Below, in pieces: positions 21,964 to 32,505 of a stretch of 32,505 nt of DNA. Made by a program: the position numbers and the translations under genes. Origin of the DNA: Octopus bimaculoides (lineage: Eukaryota); the NCBI RefSeq assembly GCF_001194135.2, contig NC_068995.1, positions 37,465,213 to 37,497,717 on the forward strand, written 5' to 3'. The notes beneath the pieces were generated by a model. That model did not search any database and was not told where the DNA came from. It saw nothing but the letters and a program-made list of their open reading frames with translations. Every line of letters starts with the position of its first letter. The stretch's first letter is position 1.

Positions 21964-22455
21964 GTGTATGACAGAACTCTCCAAGAATAAAACCTCGGAC
22001 AAAATCCCCTCGGGCAAAAAGCCCCTTAGTTAAAGTGCGAAACAAAACAAAACCCCCTCAGTTATATTTTTGAACTCTAATACCATTTAATACCATTAAA
22101 ATTAAATGAACGAAATAAGTTAAGTAATTTTTTACTGAAGTGATAATGAAAACTACAATCTTCCTTTGTGATGGTTTACTCCATCTGGGTACCATAATTC
22201 TCGATGTATAGGTAAAACATATCTTCCTAAGAAAACGGAAGGTCAATATTGCAACCGACAGCTAAGGAAAAATGTAGACAGGCGAGTATAACGAAAAACA
22301 CTGATTTGTTTCCTTGAATAATCCAGTTTGAAAATGCAATGGTCGAAATATAACTGAGGAAGTCTTGTCCTATATTTCGTACTTAACTTAGGGGATTTTG
22401 TTCTGTGGCATTTTGTCCTGGGGGAGTTTTGTCCTAAAGACGTTTCTCTGGACAC
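21964..22455. mobile_element. Non-autonomous DNA transposon with ~80-bp imperfect TIRs built from GGACAAAA subrepeats (Mutator-like, inferred)
   Basis: Left ggacaaaatcccctcgggcaaaaagccccttagttaaagtgcgaaa versus reverse complement of the right ggacaaaatgccacagaacaaaatcccctaagttaagtacgaaa. No TSD identified. Confidence 0.65.
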
Positions 22456-23140
22456 TTGGTGGATACACGATGGACGAACCTAATAGAGAGGGAATATATT
22501 TTTGGACGGCATCACTGTTCATTGAAACTAAATAAGTCTATTATTTATGTGTAATTATGTTTAGAACTTTGCAAAAATCTAAATATGGCGGAACAGTTAT
22601 ATTTTACGAAATGTGAGACGACACAATGAACCGAATTAAATATAATTTATTCCTTAAATAGAAGTCTGTCAGCTTCATATTTGAGAGTAGGTATGCAATA
22701 AGTAATTGCTTTTACAAAGCTTTAAAATGGAAATGAGAAAAATCGGTGATACTATTCGAATCCCACATTTTCGCGATACAGTAAGGTGCAATGATTTAGA
22801 GATCATCTAAATCCATTCTTGGCTACCCTCTCACCTTAATACCACAAATGCATCTGACATTCAGTTGCTTTTAATTTCATTCAAATTTCATTGTTGTTGA
22901 GACACGTGATTTTCAAAATTATAAACAAAATTCCCCCCAAAACAAAACAAAACAAAAAAACTAAAATATTTCAAACAGCAATTAAGCCAGCACAAATCCT
23001 TACAAAATAAAGTAAGTCTGAAATAGTACATGCTGACCCATTTTTACCATCTTTGAAAATTCACATATCTTATTTTTGAACGTGGTTTACTTGAATTATT
23101 TAAAGTTAATAATAAAACTCCTGCCAAGACTTCCTGCATA

Positions 23141-23375
23141 GTAGAGGCGCGTGGCTTATTGGTTCTTATGATCGTAAAATTGCGGTTATGATTCCTGGAC
23201 CGAGCGACGCGTTGTGTTCTTGAGCAAAACGCTTAATTTCCCGTTGCTCCAGTCCACTCAACTGGTAAAAATGAGTAACGCTGCGATGGACCAGCGTCCC
23301 GTCCAGGTGGTGGAATATATACGCGATGAAACTAGGAAACCGGAGGTTATGACTCAAGGAGGTAACTTTACTTTT
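23141..23375 (+). mobile_element. tRNA-derived SINE family C, full length, with a 12-bp target-site duplication
   Basis: ACTTCCTGCATA at 23129-23140 and 23376-23387. Head GGCGCGTGGCTTATTGGTT; CORE-like TGTGTTCTTGAGCAAAACGCTTAAT; GCGATGGACCAGCGTCCCGTCCAGG block; (ACTTT)-like tail. Confidence 0.88.
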
Positions 23376-24432
23376 ACTTCCTGCATAAACCTATATCATA
23401 TTTTCACTGATTGAATTCAGTAGTTACAGATCATTCATATTGCATTTTCTTGGAAATGGTGTAATTATCATATATTTCTCGTTCATTCTAAAATTATAAA
23501 ACTATTAATCAACCGTTAAACAACTGTTAATGAATAACGTTTATTTCAAAACGTCAAACTGAAAATTAAAATACTTCCTATTTCAATTAATCACATTTGT
23601 GCTTGGCAAATAAATCAAAATATATGGTAATCTAGAAATAATGTAGGTTAATGAAACATTTATGTTGAATTATCGTGTATTGAAATGTTGCAAAAAGGTT
23701 GGAATTAAAAAATAATTAGTCATACTAGCTGTAGGTCTCTTCTATAATTTAAAATAAAATTAATGTCTATTTGAGATAATGAAACGACATATAGTCATAA
23801 TAGTATGCTATGCTTTCCAAATGTTATTGTTCGTATTACTACATTTGAAATCGGTAGTTGAATTTTAAAGTCAATAAAGATCTTTTTAAAATATATATGC
23901 AGCTAAACTTAATGTGGAAAAAAAAAATTAAAATAATATTAGCATTCTTAAATTATTGTAATTTGAAGACTGTAGCTTTGGGCTCCGTCTGTAGACTGAA
24001 AGCAGCTTTGTGGATATTCAATCAGCGTAATATCTAATTTGCAGTTCATTCAACCGCATAATTATTTGCAAACAAACTTCATAATGATAACTAAAAATCA
24101 TTTCTAAAGAATGTCTCAATCTGACATTTATATTGTCTAGAATATATAACAACAGAAGTTTATTTACCTATAATGTTCATTTAGAAATCAGTATTCCAAC
24201 TAATGTACATCGATAGCATTTACTGTAATATAATAGTTCATAGATTGAAATAAATTCTTCCATTTAAGTTTTTTCGTATTGCTCATTAAGTGCTATACAT
24301 TGCTATAAAATTACTTGACGTTCACATATCGAAAATTGAAAACTCATGCAGCAGAAGTTTAAGGGTGCATAACATCATGTTAAATAGAAATTGTATAGAA
24401 TGAATTTAAGAAATTGCAACAAGTAATTGATC

Positions 24433-24549
24433 GGGTCAGTGGAATGCCTGAGTAAAAGCATTTTAGTACTAATATTCCTGACTTTTACTTTCGAGTTCGA
24501 ATGCAAACCTCGCTTTGTCATTATCTTTCTGCAGGGTCAACAAAATAGA
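24433..24549 (+). mobile_element. Highly diverged SINE family A-like copy
   Basis: B-box-like GAGTTCGAATGC followed by ctcgctttgtcattatctttctgcagggtcaacaaaata, similar to the family A body read on its sense strand. Confidence 0.5.
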
Positions 24550-26075
24550 AAAGAATACGCAGAAGTTGATGCATGATTGTATTATTTACGCAAACAATTA
24601 AATAGTCAATTGTAATATGCAGTCGAATGGTTGTATTTATTGAACTATCAAGTAGAATATAATTTCATTTTGTGTTTCAGAGTGTTGTTTACCTTCTTCA
24701 ATTAATATCTTACTAGGGTTACGATTTTCATTTAATCGTCTTTGATCAAGATAAAATAAATCATAGGCAATGAACAATATTCTACTAGAAACTTTTAAAC
24801 CATCCTAAAGTTGGAAATCAAAATTAATATTGGAAAGATAGAAACAATTTTTGAAGTCCTAACAGTTTTTTAGATTATGCCTGACAAAGTAAAATCTTAA
24901 ATAGGATATCTAATATTTCGACTGACAGTTTCTCTCCAATAAACAAACAAAAAAACAGTCTACAAAAGCAACATAAAGGTTTTGTTTGCGGAGTGTAGAC
25001 ATGTTTGAATTTTTACATTTTTAACCCATCAACAGTTGCAACATGAATGAAGCCGTTTTAAAAATAATGGAATATAAGCCGAATAGCAAATTATTTTACC
25101 AATAAATTATTAAGTGCTTTGCTTTGCAATTTTATCTCAACTCCTGTCCGACCAGTAGTTTGTTTGACTGACTGTATTGCTTACACAGAAATGTTCTGTT
25201 AGGTTTCTATCGGTGTTTTCAATGGGAGACCATTTCTTACGACTGGGAGGTGAAAGCCCACTCTCACTTGAACTGGGCTCTTTCCAATTCATTCTTTAAG
25301 TAATAAAAAAGAATACCTCGTGTGATTAACAGCTCTCAGTTGTATCATCTTCTTCCTCTCAGACGACTGTGGTAGTCGAGTGCCTTGTTTTATTTGTGGA
25401 AAATTGGTGACAAGATTCAGTTCTTTCGGCAGAATGTTTTGCATTTAGTGTTCTTTTCTAACTCCAAAGAAAGTTTGCAAACGATCATCTTTTGACATCA
25501 CACATCACATTTGATGAAGTACGTACGTGCTTGTTGTTACAGTTGTTGTTTTTGTTGCAGTTATCATTCTCAAAAGGGCTGCCTCTGTTGTGGAGATGTC
25601 ATTATTTTTTCTGCTTTTCTGTTATTTGAAAAAACTTTTTCTGTTATTTTTTTAGAAATACAAATATATTTTTTGTTTGTCTGTGTTGCTTTACTCACTA
25701 TAATTTCTAGGAAGAGTGGATCTCAGAAAAGAAGGAATCATTTTTTGCTTTAGTGATAAAGAGTAAAATAAAATGAAAATGTTTTGAAAATCCGACCTTG
25801 CTATCGATTTTCAAAAACTATTTACAGCCTACTCGAAATAATATTAAAATGAAAAAAAAATGCTTTCTTCAAACGAAAACTTCGGAAATTCTTAGAACAA
25901 GAAGAAAAATATCTTAGCATCTGATAGGGTCATCAGCGAATAATAATATCATGATGATGGCGATAGTGGTAATAATAATAATTTGTTCATTGTATTTGAC
26001 GCTAGGATTTATTTATTCATAAAATAAATCGTATACAAAAGAGCTACAAACTATGTGGGTGTATAACAAATAAGT

Positions 26076-26160
26076 GAAGGCATGTGATCTTGTGGTTAGT
26101 TTGTTGCACTGATGTTTGCGTGATCATGGGTTCAATCTCCGAACATGGCGGTGCGTTTTC
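26076..26160 (+). mobile_element. Diverged tRNA-derived SINE head
   Basis: gaaggcatgtgatcttgtggttag (A-box-like) and gggttcaatctcc (B-box-like); parallels the head of 23141-23375. Confidence 0.45.
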
Positions 26161-27199
26161 AACTCAGGTTGTTTTGAGATCAATTCTTGATCACAACGAT
26201 CTGATAAATGGAAACGTGAAACTCTGAGTAACAGTCTTTTGTGATGTTTTTGCAGCTTTAATAAATAAGTAAAATACTCAACTTCGGTATTGAAGTATTA
26301 TTTTTCCACTTTGTTTTTCAATTACATACTTACTCGTGTATATATATATATATATATNNNNNNNNNNNNNNNNNNNNNNNNNNNNNNNNNNNNNNNNNNN
26401 NNNNNNNNNNNNNNNNNNNNNNNNNNNNNNNNNNNNNNNNNNNNNNNNNNNNNNNNNNNNNNNNNNNNNNNNNNNNNNNNNNNNNNNNNNNNNNNNNNNN
26501 NNNNNNNNNNNNNNNNNNNNNNNNNNNNNNNNNNNNNNNNNNNNNNNNNNNNNNNNNNNNNNNNNNNNNNNNNNNNNNNNNNNNNNNNNNNNNNNNNNNN
26601 NNNNNNNNNNNNNNNNNNNNNNNNNNNNNNNNNNNNNNNNNNNNNNNNNNNNNNNNNNNNNNNNNNNNNNNNNNNNNNNNNNNNNNNNNNNNNNNNNNNN
26701 NNNNNNNNNNNNNNNNNNNNNNNNNNNNNNNNNNNNNNNNNNNNNNNNNNNNNNNNNNNNNNNNNNNNNNNNNNNNNNNNNNNNNNNNNNNNNNNNNNNN
26801 NNNNNNNNNNNNNNNNNNNNNNNNNNNNNNNNNNNNNNNNNNNNNNNNNNNNNNNNNNNNNNNNNNNNNNNNNNNNNNNNNNNNNNNNNNNNNNNNNNNN
26901 NNNNNNNNNNNNNNNNNNNNNNNNNNNNNNNNNNNNNNNNNNNNNNNNNNNNNNNNNNNNNNNNNNNNNNNNNNNNNNNNNNNNNNNNNNNNNNNNNNNN
27001 NNNNNNNTGGAAATAAAGATTAGGGGAAAATGTTCTTGAAAATTTTAAGTTACAACTGAGAATTATGGATGTGAAGGAGAACTAAAGCTTGGAGGTTCTG
27101 TTTCCTTTCTTACTGTGTTAATTTTTTTTTTATTGTGAGGTCGTTCTACGTTATTCTCTACAAAAACCGTACAAACGGTTCGATATACCCTTTCATTAT

Positions 27200-27700
27200 T
27201 CATCTCCACGTTCTTATAAGACGAACCTGTGGTACCTTTGGGCGTAAAGTCCTTGGCTCCTGGGCAATCAATTACGCTTGAGGGTGATGTTTTATTAATG
27301 TTGATTTTCTGAAAAGAGAAGCATCTGGAATCTACTGATTTTTACTGCTTCTCCTTCAGTCCTTATTGTCTTCCATTGCGTTCGCTTTTCCATCTCTTCT
27401 AGTCAACAATCTCTTAAGTGGCCATTATTGTATAACAATTAGGTATTTTACCCTTTACCACCGGTCGTAGACCTTTTCCCTCGGTGCTTTTGATGTGGTT
27501 GTTTGGTATCCATAGTACACTAAGACTTGTATGCTCAATGAGATTTCATCGGACTACATTGAATTCTTGTTGCTCCTTCCTTCAACTAATGCTGAGGCTG
27601 TTCCACAAATATGATAAAGAGTCAACCTTATATTGCAGCATCAGAGTATAGATATGTTTATGCTGCTTCATTATCACTTGCTTTACCACTCATGCAATTT
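27200..27700 (-). mobile_element. Possible LINE ORF1 remnant with a decayed CCHC knuckle
   Basis: Across frameshifts at about 27480-27410: LRPVVKG / KIPNCY / NGHLRDC, matching a VVxGxxPxC..GH..C pattern also seen at about 29300. Confidence 0.35.
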
Positions 27701-27705
27701 TTAAA

Positions 27706-28830
27706 ACTCGGCACTCTACTTGTCACTTAGCCTTACTCTTTCTCCACTTTGAGGTCTGGACCAAATCAAGGCCCTAGCAGTTTTACCACCCGCCTCCAGG
27801 GCCCGACGATGCTGTTAGATTGCATAGGCCTCTCATTCCAATCCAACTGGAGTACGAACAACTTTCTCTGGCTGGTTAATTTTTGCTCCTGTCATCGGCT
27901 CGTATTCCCTAAATGCATTGACGATCACCTCAATGAGTTTGAGGTCTGATGTTAATTACTTCGAGGTCTTCTGCACCCGAGTCCTCGCAGGCTGCTCCTC
28001 AAAACCTCCAACGTCCACTGTAGTGTCAGATCGTACAGAATAGGGGGTAGAATGCACTCTTGACGGAAATTACAACTTTGTAATATGTGTAGCCGACCAC
28101 ATTGAATTATGGAGTCTCAATGCTATCCCCATCTGCTGTCATGCAGAATACTTCATCAAGATACAGGCTGAATGATTGATGCTCATGTTTACATTGACGC
28201 ATTTGGGAAATCTAGTCGGCGTCCATTAAAAAACTGGACAGGACCGAGCAGGTCTGTAAGGCTTTTACAAACCCTTTCTTAACAACTTTCCCCATACAGT
28301 CCAGACATGTATTCTTGTTGGTGTTCCAATCACACACTAGCACCAATGAGTGGGTCGTTCTTAAGAAAATCTGGCCGCCCCTTTCCAATCGATGCATACA
28401 ATGCGACTATTTTAAAGGGAAATTCTTTGTAACTGCCTTGTCCCGGACCATTAACTTACTTGCGAGTCACGGAAGATCTATGATATCTCGAGGCCCAAAT
28501 CGTTTCGAAACAACCCTGCCATTCCAGAAAATAGTGTTAAATGTGTGTTTGAGAAATCCTGGTCTGGCCTGCTCAATGGTCTCATTATTTAGCAGGCGAC
28601 CGTACACCAAAAGTAATCCACTTTAATGTGGCGACGACACAGCCATTTAATCCCAGGAAGATATCTCCTCCAGCTGGTTAATTGAGTGCGCTTCTCTCGC
28701 CCGATATTTATTGCAAGCGGGAGAAAACCCCTGCCTTCTTAGCAGCAAGACCACCAGAACACGTTGTTTCGACCTGTACTGGATCTCCTCGATGGCGGGT
28801 ACTCGTTGCCAAGCATGGCAACAGTTTCTT
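27706..28830 (-). mobile_element. Decayed L1/Tx1-clade LINE: ORF1 end, APE endonuclease and partial RT, with internal deletions
   Basis: ORF1-like end NQLEEISSWD* (stop at 28647-28649). EN motifs FKIVALYAS..GRPDFL, SLVLVCDWN (GDxN), RLDFPN, VGYTYYKVV (xDH). RT motifs RQECILPPILY (RQGCPLSP), YEPMTGAKIN, VKLLGP*FGPDL, VTSRV. YADD is not recognisable. Confidence 0.85.
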
Positions 28831-28899
28831 AAGTGTTTAATATAAGTGTAGTTTGGAGGATGTCTCGCGAATGCGTCATTTATTTAGCAAAAGTGTAAA

Positions 28900-29700
28900 T
28901 TTTTTAATCCTAAGATATTTCCTTTTTGTTGTTATTTAATTGTTTGCCTTTGTTCCTCCAAAGATAAGGTTTTTCATGTCGAAAGGATTTGATTCGGCAT
29001 GGGATGGTTGTCTAATTTTGTGTACGATCATATGTATGTTTGTTTTGAAATATATTTAGTGGTTTTGTATTTGTTGCTTGTCTTGCTGTTGTTTCTTGTG
29101 TTTGGACTGCTGCGGTTGTTGTTGTAACACCTAAAGCTGCAGTTCTTTGTATTGCTGCTGTTGTTATTGCGACTTGTGTTGATGTTAGTACTGTTGCTGT
29201 TGCACATTTTCACTCAGCTGCTGCTGACTGTAGTACGCTGCTGTTGGATCTGTGATGTCAGCAGTAGAAGGACCCTCTTTTCCCCTTGATTTTTCTTAAA
29301 GACAGAAATCCCGTAAGTGACCTTCATCTAGAAACTTTACCTTCTGCCTCCAACTGGAACACATAGCTTCTGTCTCGTTGAGAGGTGGTTAAAGTCTGAA
29401 ATCTTAGCCGAAACCTAGATTTGATATGAGACAGGAACTCTTTTGGAACGGAAATTTCATTTTTGTTTGTATCTCGTCGAAGATTTTGTGGCTGCCCTAC
29501 AAAATAGGACAACCTGTACGCAACAGGTGTTCTACCGAAAAATGCTGGGTTGATAACGAAGCCTTGCCATTGGGAATTATGGTTTGCTTCAGCGCGCGGG
29601 ATTTTCTTTTCGACTGCCTTAGTCACGTATCTTTATATAAATCTTTCAGAGGTATTTCAACCTTCGATGAGTTAGGCTTTTGCCAACATACAGCAATATG
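28900..29700 (-). mobile_element. Probable LINE ORF1 remnant upstream of the Tx1 ORF2, with a decayed zinc knuckle and Thr/Gln-rich tail
   Basis: KLCVPVGGRR* then, shifted, DEGHLRDFC at about 29370-29302, followed by a low-complexity T/A/Q stretch. Same strand as, and 5' of, the Tx1 ORF2. Confidence 0.45.
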
Positions 29701-29924
29701 ACACCGTCTGCTCGGTTGAGATTGCAATTTGTGCTCTCCTCCCATTCAGCTCGACAAACTGTTTCACCTGTATCATGCGTACCTCACTTTTGTTTTGGGA
29801 AAGAGAGAAATATTTTAATTTCGCTGCTATCCCTGCCACAAATTACCTGCCCGTGGTGTCGCGCCCACCCCACTAGCGTTTACTCGTTATTGTTGTTTTT
29901 ATTGTTGACATCGTTTATTTTTTT

Positions 29925-30050
29925 TGCTGTTACTGTTGCTTCCGCTGTTGATATTGCTGTAGTTGCTTTTGATTTTACTGTTTATATTGTCGCTGCTTTC
30001 GTTGGTATTGTTGTCACTGCTGTTGTTGTTGCTGCTGATGTCCTTATTAT
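29925..30050. repeat. Degenerate (TGT/TGC) low-complexity tract
   Basis: Direct reading; it explains the V/A-rich ORF 29680-30147. Confidence 0.7.
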
Positions 30051-30523
30051 GTCATTATTAGGTGTGATAGTGTTCTCAGTCTTACAAATGTTGCTCTTAA
30101 TATTCCTAACGCTGTCGTTACCATTGTGGTCATTGTTCTTCTCGTAGCAGCATTGCTTTTTTTTTCTACATAAATTCTGAGCTACTGTCCAGTTAAAAGG
30201 AATATCCAGGTAATACTTTCTAATGACTTTGTATGTGTCATTCTTCCTGCGACCCCATCGCTGAATTGGATAATGTCAGCAGAAAAGAGGTGACAGCAAA
30301 ATGAATAAGTAAAAAATAAAAGAAAAAATCACAAATGGCAACTGTACAAACATTATATCTTGTGGTGCGCAATTTAGCAGTTCATCTCTTCATACATTGA
30401 AGTAGGAAAGATGGCGCATTTAAAATTTAAAATATATATATATTTATAACAGTAAACAAATTGTTTGCAACAAAGTTCAACAAACTCATCGGTAGACGAC
30501 AAAACGTACGCCTACCACCACAA

Positions 30524-30690
30524 GCAATAATAATGATGATGGCGACGCCGATGTTGATGATGACTATGGTGAGGAGGAGGAGGAGGAGGAGGATGAAGAA
30601 CAGGAAGAAGAAGAATACGAAAAGAAGAAGAAGAAGAAACAGAGAAGCAGAAGAAGAAAAAAAATAAGAAGAAATAGAAGAGAAACAAGA
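30524..30690. repeat. Compound (GAT)/(GAG)/(GAA) trinucleotide tract
   Basis: Direct reading; it explains the poly-R/poly-E ORFs. Confidence 0.92.
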
Positions 30691-31944
30691 ACCGTGTCAA
30701 TAGAAACAGTAATTGGTAAATTGAATGAAAACTGCTATTTCCCATAACAGAAAGTAATGTAAATATAGTGAATACTGAAGTGATTGTTAATCAAACACTT
30801 TGTTTAAGCGTGAAAAATTCAATCGGTAACTGAAAATGATTGGCGCCCTCATGATTACTCTTGCCAAGAAGTTGCGTAATCTATTTTCCGCTTCGCCCGA
30901 TTCAAATATTTCGAATTTCCTATGGACTTTTACACATTTCGTCATATTAGAGTATTTGATGTAATGCAACCATGTTATCAAATAAAGGAATGGTTCAACA
31001 AGATTTCACAAGTATTATGTTTTTGTAACTTTTATACTAGGAAATTGAAGCTTTTTATAGAGTTGCACAAGATTAAATTAACAGTAAAATAAATACACCA
31101 GCCGATTCTTCGCAACAGTAGCTACGTGGAATTGAAATAACGCACAAAACATTGTAATGTGAAAAGGAAAATAAAAGCATAAAAGAAGGAGAAAATAAAT
31201 ACATAAATTATTCATTATCGTGTGGTGAATGAGAACATTTCGATGTAATGGATTATGTTTCAAGAATGTTATTTAAATTGCAAATGACTGGAGAATAATG
31301 GAATAATGTTGCATGTAATATTAAAACAGCCAAGGGGAAACCCTAATGTTGACTTACTTTGGTGTGTGCATAGTTCTAGGTAATTCGCAAAAAGGGAAGT
31401 TTCTAGCAAAAGGTTTTCTCACATCCAATTCCTGATTCACTCATCAGCTTGTTAAAATGAAACATCTTATTACATTTTGACAAATTTCTATACAGTAGGA
31501 GAAGTTGCTTTTTCACCCGAATTGCCCTTTTTAACACGGCGTAAATTACATGGCAAAAGAAATTTTATATGTCGGATCTATCTCGATAATTGATTATCAC
31601 ACTTGAAATTATGAAGGCCAAATGTGACACCTTTAGTATTGGGATTTCAAGCAAGAAAGCTGATAAAAATTCGTATCAAGCGTTAATTTCTATATCTTAA
31701 CGCATCACCTATCATAACCAATTGATTTCAAAGTTTGAGTTTCTTCATGCTTCATAGTGCCTTTAAGGAATGCCCAAAATTGTAATTATGTTTGTCTTTA
31801 TCACAACTGTTCTAATTATTCATTCGTTGCATCAGCAATGCAACTTGTCGCCACTGTTATGTATCGTGATTAATATAAAGATAATATAGTGCAATTATTA
31901 ATTCTATCACCCCCTGAAATAATACACTGGGTGCTTATAAGTTA

Positions 31945-32450
31945 TACATGTATGTAGATGTATGTGTGTGTGCACATGTATGTATGTGACTATGAGTGTG
32001 TGCATGCATGGGCGTATGAGTATGTGTAGATATGAGTGTGTGTAGATACATCTATGTGGTATGTTTATGGAGAAAAAAAAATATGCATATTTGAATTTTA
32101 GCCGTTATCCTTTTATTAGTATTAGTGTCATACATAGTTGTATATATGTATGTGTGTATGTGTGTGTGTATATATATATGTATAGGTGTAGTGATGGTTA
32201 AGCGTATATGCGTGTATACTTTGAGATATGTATATTTGTGAGCGTGTGTGAGTGTCAATATGATTGTGTATACTTGTTTATGTATGTATAAGTAAGGTTA
32301 TATATGTACATATATGTATCTAAGACGTTGTATCAATTCACCGTTAGACGATGGTGAGAGGGGCAAACGCACACACACACATATATGTGTGTGCGTGTTT
32401 ACATATGTGTATATGCATATGTATATATGTGCGTATATACAGCCTTCAAC
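31945..32450. repeat. Degenerate (TATG)/(TG)/(CA) simple-repeat region
   Basis: Direct reading. Confidence 0.8.
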
Positions 32451-32505
32451 AAAGTAACTGTCATGTATACAACTTGAACTGACGCACATATCAGTACATA
32501 AACAT

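Noticed and set aside
25202-25248. Possible 47-nt plus-strand exon (ttctgttag...GAG|gtgaaa)
   Set aside because: Weak donor, all three frames open, no recognisable peptide.
601-27039. Long poly-X ORFs in the track
   Set aside because: They span N gaps and (TA)n; they are not real coding sequence.
29680-30147. 155-aa hydrophobic ORF
   Set aside because: Largely a translation of (TGT/TGC) low-complexity DNA; no domain recognised.
30405-30418. YY1-like AAGATGGCG motif (a similar one at about 22582)
   Set aside because: Short motif expected by chance; no CpG-rich promoter context.
1-32505. CRISPR array, tRNA/rRNA genes, hammerhead ribozymes
   Set aside because: No repeat-spacer array. tRNA-like sequences are SINE heads without acceptor stems. 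The CTGATGA/CTGACGA hits I examined (about 1492, 14596, 31441) lack a stem II-GAAA core.

Overview
AT-rich eukaryotic DNA full of microsatellites, with seven assembly gaps (N-runs). The SINE, LINE and MITE sequences resemble octopus-type repeats as I recall them, so the organism is an inference, not a database result. No intact protein-coding gene, rRNA, tRNA gene or CRISPR array is supported. Most ORFs in the supplied track come from N-runs, simple repeats or antisense readings of transposons. The window is a graveyard of decayed mobile elements: about 14 tRNA-derived SINE copies or fragments, a Ty3/gypsy RT-RNase H remnant, a mariner remnant, two L1/Tx1 LINE remnants, a probable RLE-type LINE 3' end and several MITEs. 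I did not find a clearly new biological system. Best leads: (1) a 99-bp-arm fold-back at 18722-18942 whose arm is homologous to the Tx1 ORF1-end/ORF2-start at 28.6 kb but runs into (TA)n instead of ORF2, suggesting an ORF1-only (HAL1-like) retroelement; (2) three head-to-tail SINEs at 3.3-3.9 kb, each abutting the same 9-bp flank; (3) an unassigned GC-rich decayed ORF at 16.2-17.15 kb.
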